The notes below the pieces were generated by a model. The model did no database searches, was not told the origin of the DNA, and worked only from the letters and a program-made list of their open reading frames with translations. DNA of 64,000 nt from Paragordius varius. Its lineage: Eukaryota > Animalia > Nematomorpha. Position numbers and translations under genes: made by a program. Positions 1 to 13,700 of the stretch are shown here, piece by piece. The DNA lies in NCBI GenBank assembly GCA_964247055.1, contig OZ176056.1, positions 620,001 to 684,000 on the forward strand. Reading direction: 5' to 3'. The stretch's first letter is position 1. Each line of letters starts with the position of its first letter.

Positions 1-178
1 GAGATAGTTTTACAAACTCTTTCATATCCGATTTTTACAGCGATACTTTAAAAATTAATGTATAAAACTAGTCGCATCAATACTCAAGTTAAAGTTTGTC
101 CTTAAAAATCGGATATTGGTCACAGGTGAACAAAATTATTTTTTATACATTATCTTAGTAGGACTACATCAAAATATA

Positions 179-3100
179 GAGATAGTTTGACAAACTCTTT
201 CATATCCGATTTTTACAACGATACTTTAAAAAATAATGTATAAAAGTAGTCGTATCAATACTCAAGTTAAACTTTGTCCTTAAAAATCGGATATTGGTCA
301 CCGGTTAACAAAACTATTTTTTATACATTCTCTTAGTAGGACTAGATCAAAATATAGAGATAGTTTTACAAACTCTTTCATATCCGATTTTTACAGCGAT
401 ACTTTAAAAATTAATGTATTAAACTAGTCGCATCAATACTCAATTTAAACTTTGTCCTTAAAAATCGGATATTGGTTACAGGTGAACAAAATTATTTTTT
501 ATACATTCTCTTAGTAGGACTACATCAATATATAGAGATAGTTTGACAAACTCTTTCATATCCGATTTTTACAGCGATACTTTAAAAACTAATGTATAAA
601 ACTAGTCGCATCAATACTCAAGTTAAACTTTGTCCTTAAAAATCGGATATTGGTCACAGTTGAACAAAATTATTTTTTATACATTATCTTAGTAGGACTA
701 CATCAAAATATAGAGATAGTTTGACAAACTCTTTCATATCCGATTTTTACAGCGATACTTTAAAAAATAATGTATAAAAGTAGTCGCATCAATACTCAAG
801 TTAAACTTTGTCCTTAAAAATCGGATATTGGTCACAGGTGAACAAAATTATTTTTTATACATTATCTTAGTAGGACTACATCAAAATATAGAGATAGTTT
901 GACAAACTCTTTCATATCCGATTTTTACAGCGATACTTTAAAAATTAATGTATAAAACTAGTCGCATCATTAGTCAAGTCTTTGTCCTTAAAAATCGGAT
1001 ATTGGTCACAGGTGAACAAAATTATTTTTTATACATTATCTTAGTAGGACTACATCAAAATATAGAGATAGTTTGACAAACTCTTTCATATCCGATTTTT
1101 ACAGCGATACTTTAAAAAATAATGTATAAAAGTAGTCGCATCAATACTCAAGTTAAACTTTGTCCGTAAAAATCGGATATTGGTCACCGGTTAACAAAAC
1201 TATTTTTTATACATTCTCTTAGTAAGACTACATCAAAATATAGAGATAGTTTGATAAACTCTTTCATATCCGATTTTTACAGCGATACTTTAAAAATTAA
1301 TTTATAAAACTAGTCGCAACAATACTCAAGTTAAACTTTGTCCTTAAAATCGGATATTGGTCGCCGCTAAAGAAAATTATTTTTTGTACATTCTCTTAGT
1401 AGGACTACATCAAAATATAGAGATAGTTTGACAAACTCTTTCATATCCGATTTTTACAACGATACTTTAAAAATTAATGTATAAAACTAGTCGCATCATT
1501 AGTCAAGTCTTTGTCCTTAAAAATCGGATATTGGTCGCCGGTAAAGAAAATTATTTTTTATACATTCTCTTAGTAGAACTACATCAAAATATAGAGATAG
1601 TTTGACAAACTCTTTCATATCCGATTTTTACAACGATACTTTAAAAATTAATGTATAAAACTTGCCGCATCATTAGTCAAATTAAATTGTCCTTATAAAT
1701 CTGATATTGGTCACCGGAACAAAATTAATTTTTATACATTCTCTTAATAGGACTACATCATAATATAAAGATATTTTGACAAATTCTTTCATATCCGATT
1801 TTTACAACGATACTTTAAAAAATAATGTATAAAAGTAGTCGCATCAATACTCAAGTTAAACTTTGTCCTTAAAAATCGGATATTGGTCACCGGTTAACAA
1901 AACTATTTTTTATACATTCTCTTAGTAGGACTAGATCAAAATATAGAGATAGTTTGACAAACTCTTTCATATCCGATTTTTACAGCGATACATTAAAAAT
2001 TAATGTATAAAACTAGTCGCATCAATACTCAAGTTAAACTTTGTCCTTAAAAATCGGATATTGGTCACAGGTGAACAAAATTATTTTTTATACATTATCT
2101 TAGTAGGACTACATCAAAATATAGAGATAGTTTGACAAACTCTTTCATATCCGATTTTTACAGCGATACTTTAAAAATTAATGTATAAAACTAGTCGCAT
2201 CAATACTCAAGTTAAACTTTGACTTAAAAATCGGATATTGGTCACCGGTTAACAAAACTATTTTTTATACATTCTCTTAGTAGGACTAGATCAAAATATA
2301 GAGATAGTTTGACAAACTCTTTCATATCCGATTTTTACAGCGATACTTTAAAAATTAATGTATAAAACTAGTCGCATCAATACTCAAGTTAAACTTTGTC
2401 CTTAAAAATCGGATATTGGTCACAGGTGAACAAAATTATTTTTTATACATTATCTTAGTAGGACTACATCAAAATATAGAGATAGTTTGACAAACTCTTT
2501 CATATCCGATTTTTACAACGATACTTTAAAAATTAATTTATAAAACTAGTCGCATCAATACTCAAGTTAAACTTTGTCCTTAAAATCGGATATTGGTCGC
2601 CGCTAAAGAAAATTATTTTTTGTACATTCTCTTAGTAGGACTACATCAAAATATAGAGATAGTTTGACAAACTCTTTCATATCCGATTTTTACAACGATA
2701 CTTTAAAAAATAATGTATAAAAGTAGTCGTATCAATACTCAAGTTAAACTTTGTCCTTAAAAATCGGATATTGGTCACCGGTTAACAAAACTATTTTTTA
2801 TACATTCTCTTAGTAGGACTAGATCAAAATATAGAGATAGTTTGACAAACTCTTTCATATCCGATTTTTACAGCGATACTTTAAAAATTAATGTATAAAA
2901 CTAGTCGCCTCAATACTCAAGTTAAAGTTTGTCCTTAAAAATCGGATATTGGTCACAGGTGAACAAAATTATTTTTTATACATTTTCTTAGTAGGACTAC
3001 ATCAAAATATAGAGATAGTTTTACAAACTCTTTCATATCCGATTTTTAAAACGATACTTTAAAAATTAATGTATTAAACTAGTCGCATCAATACTCAATT

Positions 3101-6100
3101 TAAACTTTGTCCTTAAAAATCGGATATTGGTCACAGGTGAACAAAATTATTTTTTATACATTCTCTTAGTAGGACTACATCAATATATATAGATAGTTTG
3201 ACAAACTCTTTCATATCCGATTTTTACAGCGATACTTTAAAAAATAATGTATAAAAGTAGTCGCATCAATACTCAAGTTAAACTTTGTCCGTAAAAATCG
3301 GATATTGGTCACCGGTTAACAAAACTATTTTTTATACATTCTCTTAGTAGGACTAGATCAAAATATAGAGATAGTTTGACAAACTCTTTCATATCCGATT
3401 TTTACAGCGATACTTTAAAAAATAATGTATAAAAGTAGTCGCATCAATACTCAAGTTAAACTTTGTCCTTAAAAATCGGATATTGGTCACAGGTGAACAA
3501 AATTATTTTTTATACATTATCTTAGTAGGACTACATCAAAATATAGAGATAGTTTGACAAACTCTTTCATATCCGATTTTTACAGCGATACTTTAAAAAT
3601 TAATGTATAAAACTAGTCGCATCATTAGTCAAGTCTTTGTCCTTAAAAATCGGATATTGGTCACAGGTGAACAAAATTATTTTTTATACATTATCTTAGT
3701 AGGACTACATCAAAATATAGAGATAGTTTGACAAACTCTTTCATATCCGATTTTTACAGCGATACTTTAAAAAATAATGTATAAAAGTAGTCGCATCAAT
3801 ACTCAAGTTAAACTTTGTCCGTAAAAATCGGATATTGGTCACCGGTTAACAAAACTATTTTTTATACATTCTCTTAGTAAGACTACATCAAAATATAGAG
3901 ATAGTTTGATAAACTCTTTCATATCCGATTTTTACAGCGATACTTTAAAAATTAATTTATAAAACTAGTCGCAACAATACTCAAGTTAAACTTTGTCCTT
4001 AAAATCGGATATTGGTCGCCGCTAAAGAAAATTATTTTTTGTACATTCTCTTAGTAGGACTACATCAAAATATAGAGATAGTTTGACAAACTCTTTCATA
4101 TCCGATTTTTACAACGATACTTTAAAAATTAATGTATAAAACTAGTCGCATCATTAGTCAAGTCTTTGTCCTTAAAAATCGGATATTGGTCGCCGGTAAA
4201 GAAAATTATTTTTTATACATTCTCTTAGTAGAACTACATCAAAATATAGAGATAGTTTGACAAACTCTTTCATATCCGATTTTTACAACGATACTTTAAA
4301 AATTAATGTATAAAACTTGCCGCATCATTAGTCAAATTAAATTGTCCTTATAAATCTGATATTGGTCACCGGAACAAAATTAATTTTTATACATTCTCTT
4401 AATAGGACTACATCATAATATAAAGATATTTTGACAAATTCTTTCATATCCGATTTTTACAACGATACTTTAAAAAATAATGTATAAAAGTAGTCGCATC
4501 AATACTCAAGTTAAACTTTGTCCTTAAAAATCGGATATTGGTCACCGGTTAACAAAACTATTTTTTATACATTCTCTTAGTAGGACTAGATCAAAATATA
4601 GAGATAGTTTGACAAACTCTTTCATATCCGATTTTTACAGCGATACATTAAAAATTAATGTATAAAACTAGTCGCATCAATACTCAAGTTAAACTTTGTC
4701 CTTAAAAATCGGATATTGGTCACAGGTGAACAAAATTATTTTTTATACATTATCTTAGTAGGACTACATCAAAATATAGAGATAGTTTGACAAACTCTTT
4801 CATATCCGATTTTTACAGCGATACTTTAAAAATTAATGTATAAAACTAGTCGCATCAATACTCAAGTTAAACTTTGACTTAAAAATCGGATATTGGTCAC
4901 CGGTTAACAAAACTATTTTTTATACATTCTCTTAGTAGGACTAGATCAAAATATAGAGATAGTTTGACAAACTCTTTCATATCCGATTTTTACAGCGATA
5001 CTTTAAAAATTAATGTATAAAACTAGTCGCATCAATACTCAAGTTAAACTTTGTCCTTAAAAATCGGATATTGGTCACAGGTGAACAAAATTATTTTTTA
5101 TACATTATCTTAGTAGGACTACATCAAAATATAGAGATAGTTTGACAAACTCTTTCATATCCGATTTTTACAACGATACTTTAAAAATTAATTTATAAAA
5201 CTAGTCGTTCAAAACTCAAGTTAAACTTTGTCCTTAAAATCGGATATTGGTCGCCGCTAAAGAAAATTATTTTTTGTACATTCTCTTAGTAGGACTACAT
5301 CAAAATATAGAGATAGTTTGACAAACTCTTTCATATCCGATTTTTACAACGATACTTTAAAAAATAATGTATAAAAGTAGTCGTATCAATACTCAAGTTA
5401 AACTTTGTCCTTAAAAATCGGATATTGGTCACCGGTTAACAAAACTATTTTTTATACATTCTCTTAGTAGGACTAGATCAAAATATAGAGATAGTTTTAC
5501 AAACTCTTTCATATCCGATTTTTACAGCGATACTTTAAAAATTAATGTATTAAACTAGTCGCATCAATACTCAATTTAAACTTTGTCCTTAAAAATCGGA
5601 TATTGGTTACAGGTGAACAAAATTATTTTTTATACATTCTCTTAGTAGGACTACATCAATATATAGAGATAGTTTGACAAACTCTTTCATATCCGATTTT
5701 TACAGCGATACTTTAAAAACTAATGTATAAAACTAGTCGCATCAATACTCAAGTTAAACTTTGTCCTTAAAAATCGGATATTGGTCACAGTTGAACAAAA
5801 TTATTTTTTATACATTATCTTAGTAGGACTACATCAAAATATAGAGATAGTTTGACAAACTCTTTCATATCCGATTTTTACAGCGATACTTTAAAAAATA
5901 ATGTATAAAAGTAGTCGCATCAATACTCAAGTTAAACTTTGTCCTTAAAAATCGGATATTGGTCACAGGTGAACAAAATTATTTTTTATACATTATCTTA
6001 GTAGGACTACATCAAAATATAGAGATAGTTTGACAAACTCTTTCATATCCGATTTTTACAGCGATACTTTAAAAATTAATGTATAAAACTAGTCGCATCA

Positions 6101-9100
6101 TTAGTCAAGTCTTTGTCCTTAAAAATCGGATATTGGTCACAGGTGAACAAAATTATTTTTTATACATTATCTTAGTAGGACTACATCAAAATATAGAGAT
6201 AGTTTGACAAACTCTTTCATATCCGATTTTTACAGCGATACTTTAAAAAATAATGTATAAAAGTAGTCGCATCAATACTCAAGTTAAACTTTGTCCGTAA
6301 AAATCGGATATTGGTCACCGGTTAACAAAACTATTTTTTATACATTCTCTTAGTAAGACTACATCAAAATATAGAGATAGTTTGATAAACTCTTTCATAT
6401 CCGATTTTTACAGCGATACTTTAAAAATTAATTTATAAAACTAGTCGCAACAATACTCAAGTTAAACTTTGTCCTTAAAATCGGATATTGGTCGCCGCTA
6501 AAGAAAATTATTTTTTGTACATTCTCTTAGTAGGACTACATCAAAATATAGAGATAGTTTGACAAACTCTTTCATATCCGATTTTTACAACGATACTTTA
6601 AAAATTAATGTATAAAACTAGTCGCATCATTAGTCAAGTCTTTGTCCTTAAAAATCGGATATTGGTCGCCGGTAAAGAAAATTATTTTTTATACATTCTC
6701 TTAGTAGAACTACATCAAAATATAGAGATAGTTTGTCAAACTCTTTCATATCCGATTTTTACAACGATACTTTAAAAATTAATGTATAAAACTTGCCGCA
6801 TCATTAGTCAAATTAAATTGTCCTTATAAATCTGATATTGGTCACAGGTGAACAAAATTATTTTTTATACATTATCTTAGTAGGACTACATCAAAATATA
6901 GAGATAGTTTGACAAACTCTTTCATATCCGATTTTTACAACGATACTTTAAAAATTAATTTATAAAACTAGTCGTTCAAAACTCAAGTTAAACTTTGTCC
7001 TTAAAATCGGATATTGGTCGCCGCTAAAGAAAATTATTTTTTGTACATTCTCTTAGTAGGACTACATCAAAATATAGAGATAGTTTGACAAACTCTTTCA
7101 TATCCGATTTTTACAACGATACTTTAAAAAATAATGTATAAAAGTAGTCGTATCAATACTCAAGTTAAACTTTGTCCTTAAAAATCGGATATTGGTCACC
7201 GGTTAACAAAACTATTTTTTATACATTCTCTTAGTAGGACTAGATCAAAATATAGAGATAGTTTGACAAACTCTTTCATATCCGATTTTTACAGCGATAC
7301 TTTAAAAATTAATGTATAAAACTAGTCGCCTCAATACTCAAGTTAAAGTTTGTCCTTAAAAATCGGATATTGGTCACAGGTGAACAAAATTATTTTTTAT
7401 ACATTTTCTTAGTAGGACTACATCAAAATATAGAGATAGTTTTACAAACTCTTTCATATCCGATTTTTAAAACGATACTTTAAAAATTAATGTATTAAAC
7501 TAGTCGCATCAATACTCAATTTAAACTTTGTCCTTAAAAATCGGATATTGGTCACAGGTGAACAAAATTATTTTTTATACATTCTCTTAGTAGGACTACA
7601 TCAATATATATAGATAGTTTGACAAACTCTTTCATATCCGATTTTTACAGCGATACTTTAAAAAATAATGTATAAAAGTAGTCGCATCAATACTCAAGTT
7701 AAACTTTGTCCGTAAAAATCGGATATTGGTCACCGGTTAACAAAACTATTTTTTATACATTCTCTTAGTAGGACTAGATCAAAATATAGAGATAGTTTGA
7801 CAAACTCTTTCATATCCGATTTTTACAGCGATACTTTAAAAAATAATGTATAAAAGTAGTCGCATCAATACTCAAGTTAAACTTTGTCCTTAAAAATCGG
7901 ATATTGGTCACAGGTGAACAAAATTATTTTTTATACATTATCTTAGTAGGACTACATCAAAATATAGAGATAGTTTGACAAACTCTTTCATATCCGATTT
8001 TTACAGCGATACTTTAAAAATTAATGTATAAAACTAGTCGCATCATTAGTCAAGTCTTTGTCCTTAAAAATCGGATATTGGTCACAGGTGAACAAAATTA
8101 TTTTTTATACATTATCTTAGTAGGACTACATCAAAATATAGAGATAGTTTGACAAACTCTTTCATATCCGATTTTTACAGCGATACTTTAAAAAATAATG
8201 TATAAAAGTAGTCGCATCAATACTCAAGTTAAACTTTGTCCGTAAAAATCGGATATTGGTCACCGGTTAACAAAACTATTTTTTATACATTCTCTTAGTA
8301 AGACTACATCAAAATATAGAGATAGTTTGATAAACTCTTTCATATCCGATTTTTACAGCGATACTTTAAAAATTAATTTATAAAACTAGTCGCAACAATA
8401 CTCAAGTTAAACTTTGTCCTTAAAATCGGATATTGGTCGCCGCTAAAGAAAATTATTTTTTGTACATTCTCTTAGTAGGACTACATCAAAATATAGAGAT
8501 AGTTTGACAAACTCTTTCATATCCGATTTTTACAACGATACTTTAAAAATTAATGTATAAAACTAGTCGCATCATTAGTCAAGTCTTTGTCCTTAAAAAT
8601 CGGATATTGGTCGCCGGTAAAGAAAATTATTTTTTATACATTCTCTTAGTAGAACTACATCAAAATATAGAGATAGTTTGACAAACTCTTTCATATCCGA
8701 TTTTTACAACGATACTTTAAAAATTAATGTATAAAACTTGCCGCATCATTAGTCAAATTAAATTGTCCTTATAAATCTGATATTGGTCACCGGAACAAAA
8801 TTAATTTTTATACATTCTCTTAATAGGACTACATCATAATATAAAGATATTTTGACAAATTCTTTCATATCCGATTTTTACAACGATACTTTAAAAAATA
8901 ATGTATAAAAGTAGTCGCATCAATACTCAAGTTAAACTTTGTCCTTAAAAATCGGATATTGGTCACCGGTTAACAAAACTATTTTTTATACATTCTCTTA
9001 GTAGGACTAGATCAAAATATAGAGATAGTTTGACAAACTCTTTCATATCCGATTTTTACAGCGATACATTAAAAATTAATGTATAAAACTAGTCGCATCA

Positions 9101-10750
9101 ATACTCAAGTTAAACTTTGTCCTTAAAAATCGGATATTGGTCACAGGTGAACAAAATTATTTTTTATACATTATCTTAGTAGGACTACATCAAAATATAG
9201 AGATAGTTTGACAAACTCTTTCATATCCGATTTTTACAGCGATACTTTAAAAATTAATGTATAAAACTAGTCGCATCAATACTCAAGTTAAACTTTGACT
9301 TAAAAATCGGATATTGGTCACCGGTTAACAAAACTATTTTTTATACATTCTCTTAGTAGGACTAGATCAAAATATAGAGATAGTTTGACAAACTCTTTCA
9401 TATCCGATTTTTACAGCGATACTTTAAAAATTAATGTATAAAACTAGTCGCATCAATACTCAAGTTAAACTTTGTCCTTAAAAATCGGATATTGGTCACA
9501 GGTGAACAAAATTATTTTTTATACATTATCTTAGTAGGACTACATCAAAATATAGAGATAGTTTGACAAACTCTTTCATATCCGATTTTTACAACGATAC
9601 TTTACAAATTAATTTATAAAACTAGTCGCATCAATACTCAAGTTAAACTTTGTCCTTAAAATCGGATATTGGTCGCCGCTAAAGAAAATTATTTTTTGTA
9701 CATTCTCTTAGTAGGACTACATCAAAATATAGAGATAGTTTGACAAACTCTTTCATATCCGATTTTTACAACGATACTTTAAAAAATAATGTATAAAAGT
9801 AGTCGTATCAATACTCAAGTTAAACTTTGTCCTTAAAAATCGGATATTGGTCACCGGTTAACAAAACTATTTTTTATACATTCTCTTAGTAGGACTAGAT
9901 CAAAATATAGAGATAGTTTTACAAACTCTTTCATATCCGATTTTTACAGCGATACTTTAAAAATTAATGTATAAAACTAGTCGCCTCAATACTCAAGTTA
10001 AAGTTTGTCCTTAAAAATCGGATATTGGTCACAGGTGAACAAAATTATTTTTTATACATTTTCTTAGTAGGACTACATCAAAATATAGAGATAGTTTTAC
10101 AAACTCTTTCATATCCGATTTTTAAAACGATACTTTAAAAATTAATGTATTAAACTAGTCGCATCAATACTCAATTTAAACTTTGTCCTTAAAAATCGGA
10201 TATTGGTCACAGGTGAACAAAATTATTTTTTATACATTCTCTTAGTAGGACTACATCAATATATATAGATAGTTTGACAAACTCTTTCATATCCGATTTT
10301 TACAGCCATACTTTAAAAATTAATTTATAAAACTAGTCGCAACAATACTCAAGTTAAACTTTGTCCTTAAAATCGGATATTGGTCGCCGCTAAAGAAAAT
10401 TATTTTTTGTACATTCTCTTAGTAGGACTACATCAAAATATAGAGATAGTTTGACAAACTCTTTCATATCCGATTTTTACAACGATACTTTAAAAATTAA
10501 TGTATAAAACTAGTCGCATCATTAGTCAAGTCTTTGTCCTTAAAAATCGGATATTGGTCGCCGGTAAAGAAAATTATTTTTTATACATTCTCTTAGTAGA
10601 ACTACATCAAAATATAGAGATAGTTTGACAAACTCTTTCATATCCGATTTTTACAACGATACTTTAAAAATTAATGTATAAAACTTGCCGCATCATTAGT
10701 CAAATTAAATTGTCCTTATAAATCTGATATTGGTCACCGGAACAAAATTA
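179..10750 (+). repeat. HOR domain 1: 11-, 14- and 15-monomer units on a shared 12-monomer core, with a 29-monomer (5131 bp) super-period
   Basis: The diagnostic CTTGCCGCATCATTAGTCAAATTAAATTG monomer occurs at 1661, 4316, 6792, 8737, 10684 (spacings 2655, 2476, 1945, 1947). Private variants ATTGGTTACA (471/5602) and TTTAAAAACT (581/5712) both recur at 5131 bp. Related units continue to about 15500 and at 16700-17500 (marker at 14396, 17238). Confidence 0.9.
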
Positions 10751-13700
10751 ATTTTTATACATTCTCTTAATAGGACTACATCATAATATAAAGATATTTT
10801 GACAAATTCTTTCATATCCGATTTTTACAACGATACTTTAAAAATTAATGTATAAAACTAGTCGCATCAATACTCAAGTTAAACTTTGACTTAAAAATCG
10901 GATATTGGTCACCGGTGAACAAAATTATTTTTTATACATTTTCTTAGTAGGACTACATCAAAATATAGAGATATTTTGACAAATTCTTTCATATCCGATT
11001 TTTAAAACGATACTTTAAAAATTAATGTATTAAACTAGTCGCATCAATACTCAATTTAAACTTTGTCCTTAAAAATCGGATATTGGTCACAGGTGAACAA
11101 AATTATTTTTTATACATTCTCTTAGTAGGACTACATCAATATATATAGATAGTTTGACAAACTCTTTCATATCCGATTTTTACAGCCATACTTTAAAAAT
11201 TAATGTATTAAACTAGTCGCATCAATACTCAATTTAAACTTTGTCCTTAAAAATCGGATATTGGTCACAGGTGAACAAAATTATTTTTTATACATTCTCT
11301 TAGTAGGACTACATCAATATATATAGATAGTTTGACAAACTCTTTCATATCCGATTTTTACAGCGATACTTTAAAAAATAATGTATAAAAGTAGTCGCAT
11401 CAATACTCAAGTTAAACTTTGTCCTTAAAAATCGGATATTGGTCACAGGTGAACAAAATTATTTTTTATACATTATCTTAGTAGGACTACATCAAAATAT
11501 AGAGATACTTTGACAAACTCTTTCATATCCGATTTTTACAGCGATACTTTAAAAATTAATGTATAAAACTAGTCGCATCATTAGTCAAGTCTTTGTTCTT
11601 AAAAATCGGATATTGGTCACAGGTGAACAAAATTATTTTTTATACATTATCTTAGTAGGACTACATCAAAATATAGAGATAGTTTGACAAACTCTTTCAT
11701 ATCCGATTTTTACAGCGATACTTTAAAAAATAATGTATAAAAGTAGTCGCTTCAATACTCAAGTTAAACTTTGTCCGTAAAAATCGGATATTGGTCACCG
11801 GTTAACAAAACTATTTTTTATACATTCTCTTAGTAAGACTACATCAAAATATAGAGATAGTTTGACAAACTCTTTCATATCCGATTTTTACAGCGATACT
11901 TTAAAAATTAATTTATAAAACTAGTCGCAACAATACTCAAGTTAAACTTTGTCCTTAAAATCGGATATTGGTCGCCGCTAAAGAAAATTATTTTTTGTAC
12001 ATTCTCTTAGTAGGACTACATCAAAATATAGAGATACTTTGACAAACTCTTTCATATCCGATTTTTACAGCGATACTTTAAAAATTAATGTATAAAACTA
12101 GTCGCATCATTAGTCAAGTCTTTGTCCTTAAAAATCTGATATTGGTCACCGGAACAAAATTAATTTTTATACATTCTCTTAATAGGACTACATCATAATA
12201 TAAAGATATTTTGACAAATTCTTTCATATCCGATTTTTACAACGATACTTTAAAAAATAATGTATAAAAGTAGTCGCATCAATACTCAAGTTAAACTTTG
12301 TCCTTAAAAATCGGATATTGGTCACCGGTTAACAAAACTATTTTTTATACATTCTCTTAGTAGGACTAGATCAAAATATAGAGATAGTTTGACAAACTCT
12401 TTCATATCCGATTTTTACAGCGATACATTAAAAATTAATGTATAAAACTAGTCGCATCAATACTCAAGTTAAACTTTGTCCTTAAAAATCGGATATTGGT
12501 CACAGGTGAACAAAATTATTTTTTATACATTATCTTAGTAGGACTACATCAAAATATAGAGATAGTTTGACAAACTCTTTCATATCCGATTTTTACAGCG
12601 ATACTTTAAAAATTAATGTATAAAACTAGTCGCATCAATACTCAAGTTAAACTTTGACTTAAAAATCGGATATTGGTCACCGGTGAACAAAATTATTTTT
12701 TATACATTTTCTTAGTAGGACTACATCAAAATATAGAGATATTTTGACAAATTCTTTCATATCCGATTTTTAAAACGATACTTTAAAAATTAATGTATTA
12801 AACTAGTCGCATCAATACTCAATTTAAACTTTGTCCTTAAAAATCGGATATTGGTCACAGGTGAACAAAATTATTTTTTATACATTATCTTAGTAGGACT
12901 ACATCAAAATATAGAGATAGTTTGACAAACTCTTTCATATCCGATTTTTACAGCGATACTTTAAAAATTAATGTATAAAACTAGTCGCATCAATACTCAA
13001 GTTAAACTTTGTCCTTAAAAATCGGATATTGGTCACAGTTGAACAAAATTATTTTTTATACATTATCTTAGTAGGACTACATCAAAATATAGAGATAGTT
13101 TGACAAACTCTTTCATATCCGATTTTTACAGCGATACTTTAAAAAATAATGTATAAAAGTAGTCGCATCAATACTCAAGTTAAACTTTGTCCTTAAAAAT
13201 CGGATATTGGTCACAGGTGAACAAAATTATTTTTTATACATTATCTTAGTAGGACTACATCAAAATATAGAGATAGTTTGACAAACTCTTTCATATCCGA
13301 TTTTTACAGCGATACTTTAAAAATTAATGTATAAAACTAGTCGCATCAATACTCAAGTTAAACTTTGTCCTTAAAAATCGGATATTGGTCACAGTTGAAC
13401 AAAATTATTTTTTATACATTATCTTAGTAGGACTACATCAAAATATAGAGATAGTTTGACAAACTCTTTCATATCCGATTTTTACAGCGATACTTTAAAA
13501 AATAATGTATAAAAGTAGTCGCCACAATACTCAAGTTAAACTTTGTCCTTAAAAATGGGATATTGGTCACAGGTGAACAAAATTATTTTTTATACATTAT
13601 CTTAGTAGGACTACATCAAAATATAGAGATACTTTGACAAACTCTTTCATATCCGATTTTTACAGCGATACTTTAAAAATTAATGTATAAAACTAGTCGC

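Noticed and set aside
1-178. Identity with Arabidopsis CEN178 or primate alpha satellite
   Set aside because: Only the unit length is similar. I see no sequence resemblance, and nucleosome-scale lengths arise convergently. No species assignment is made.
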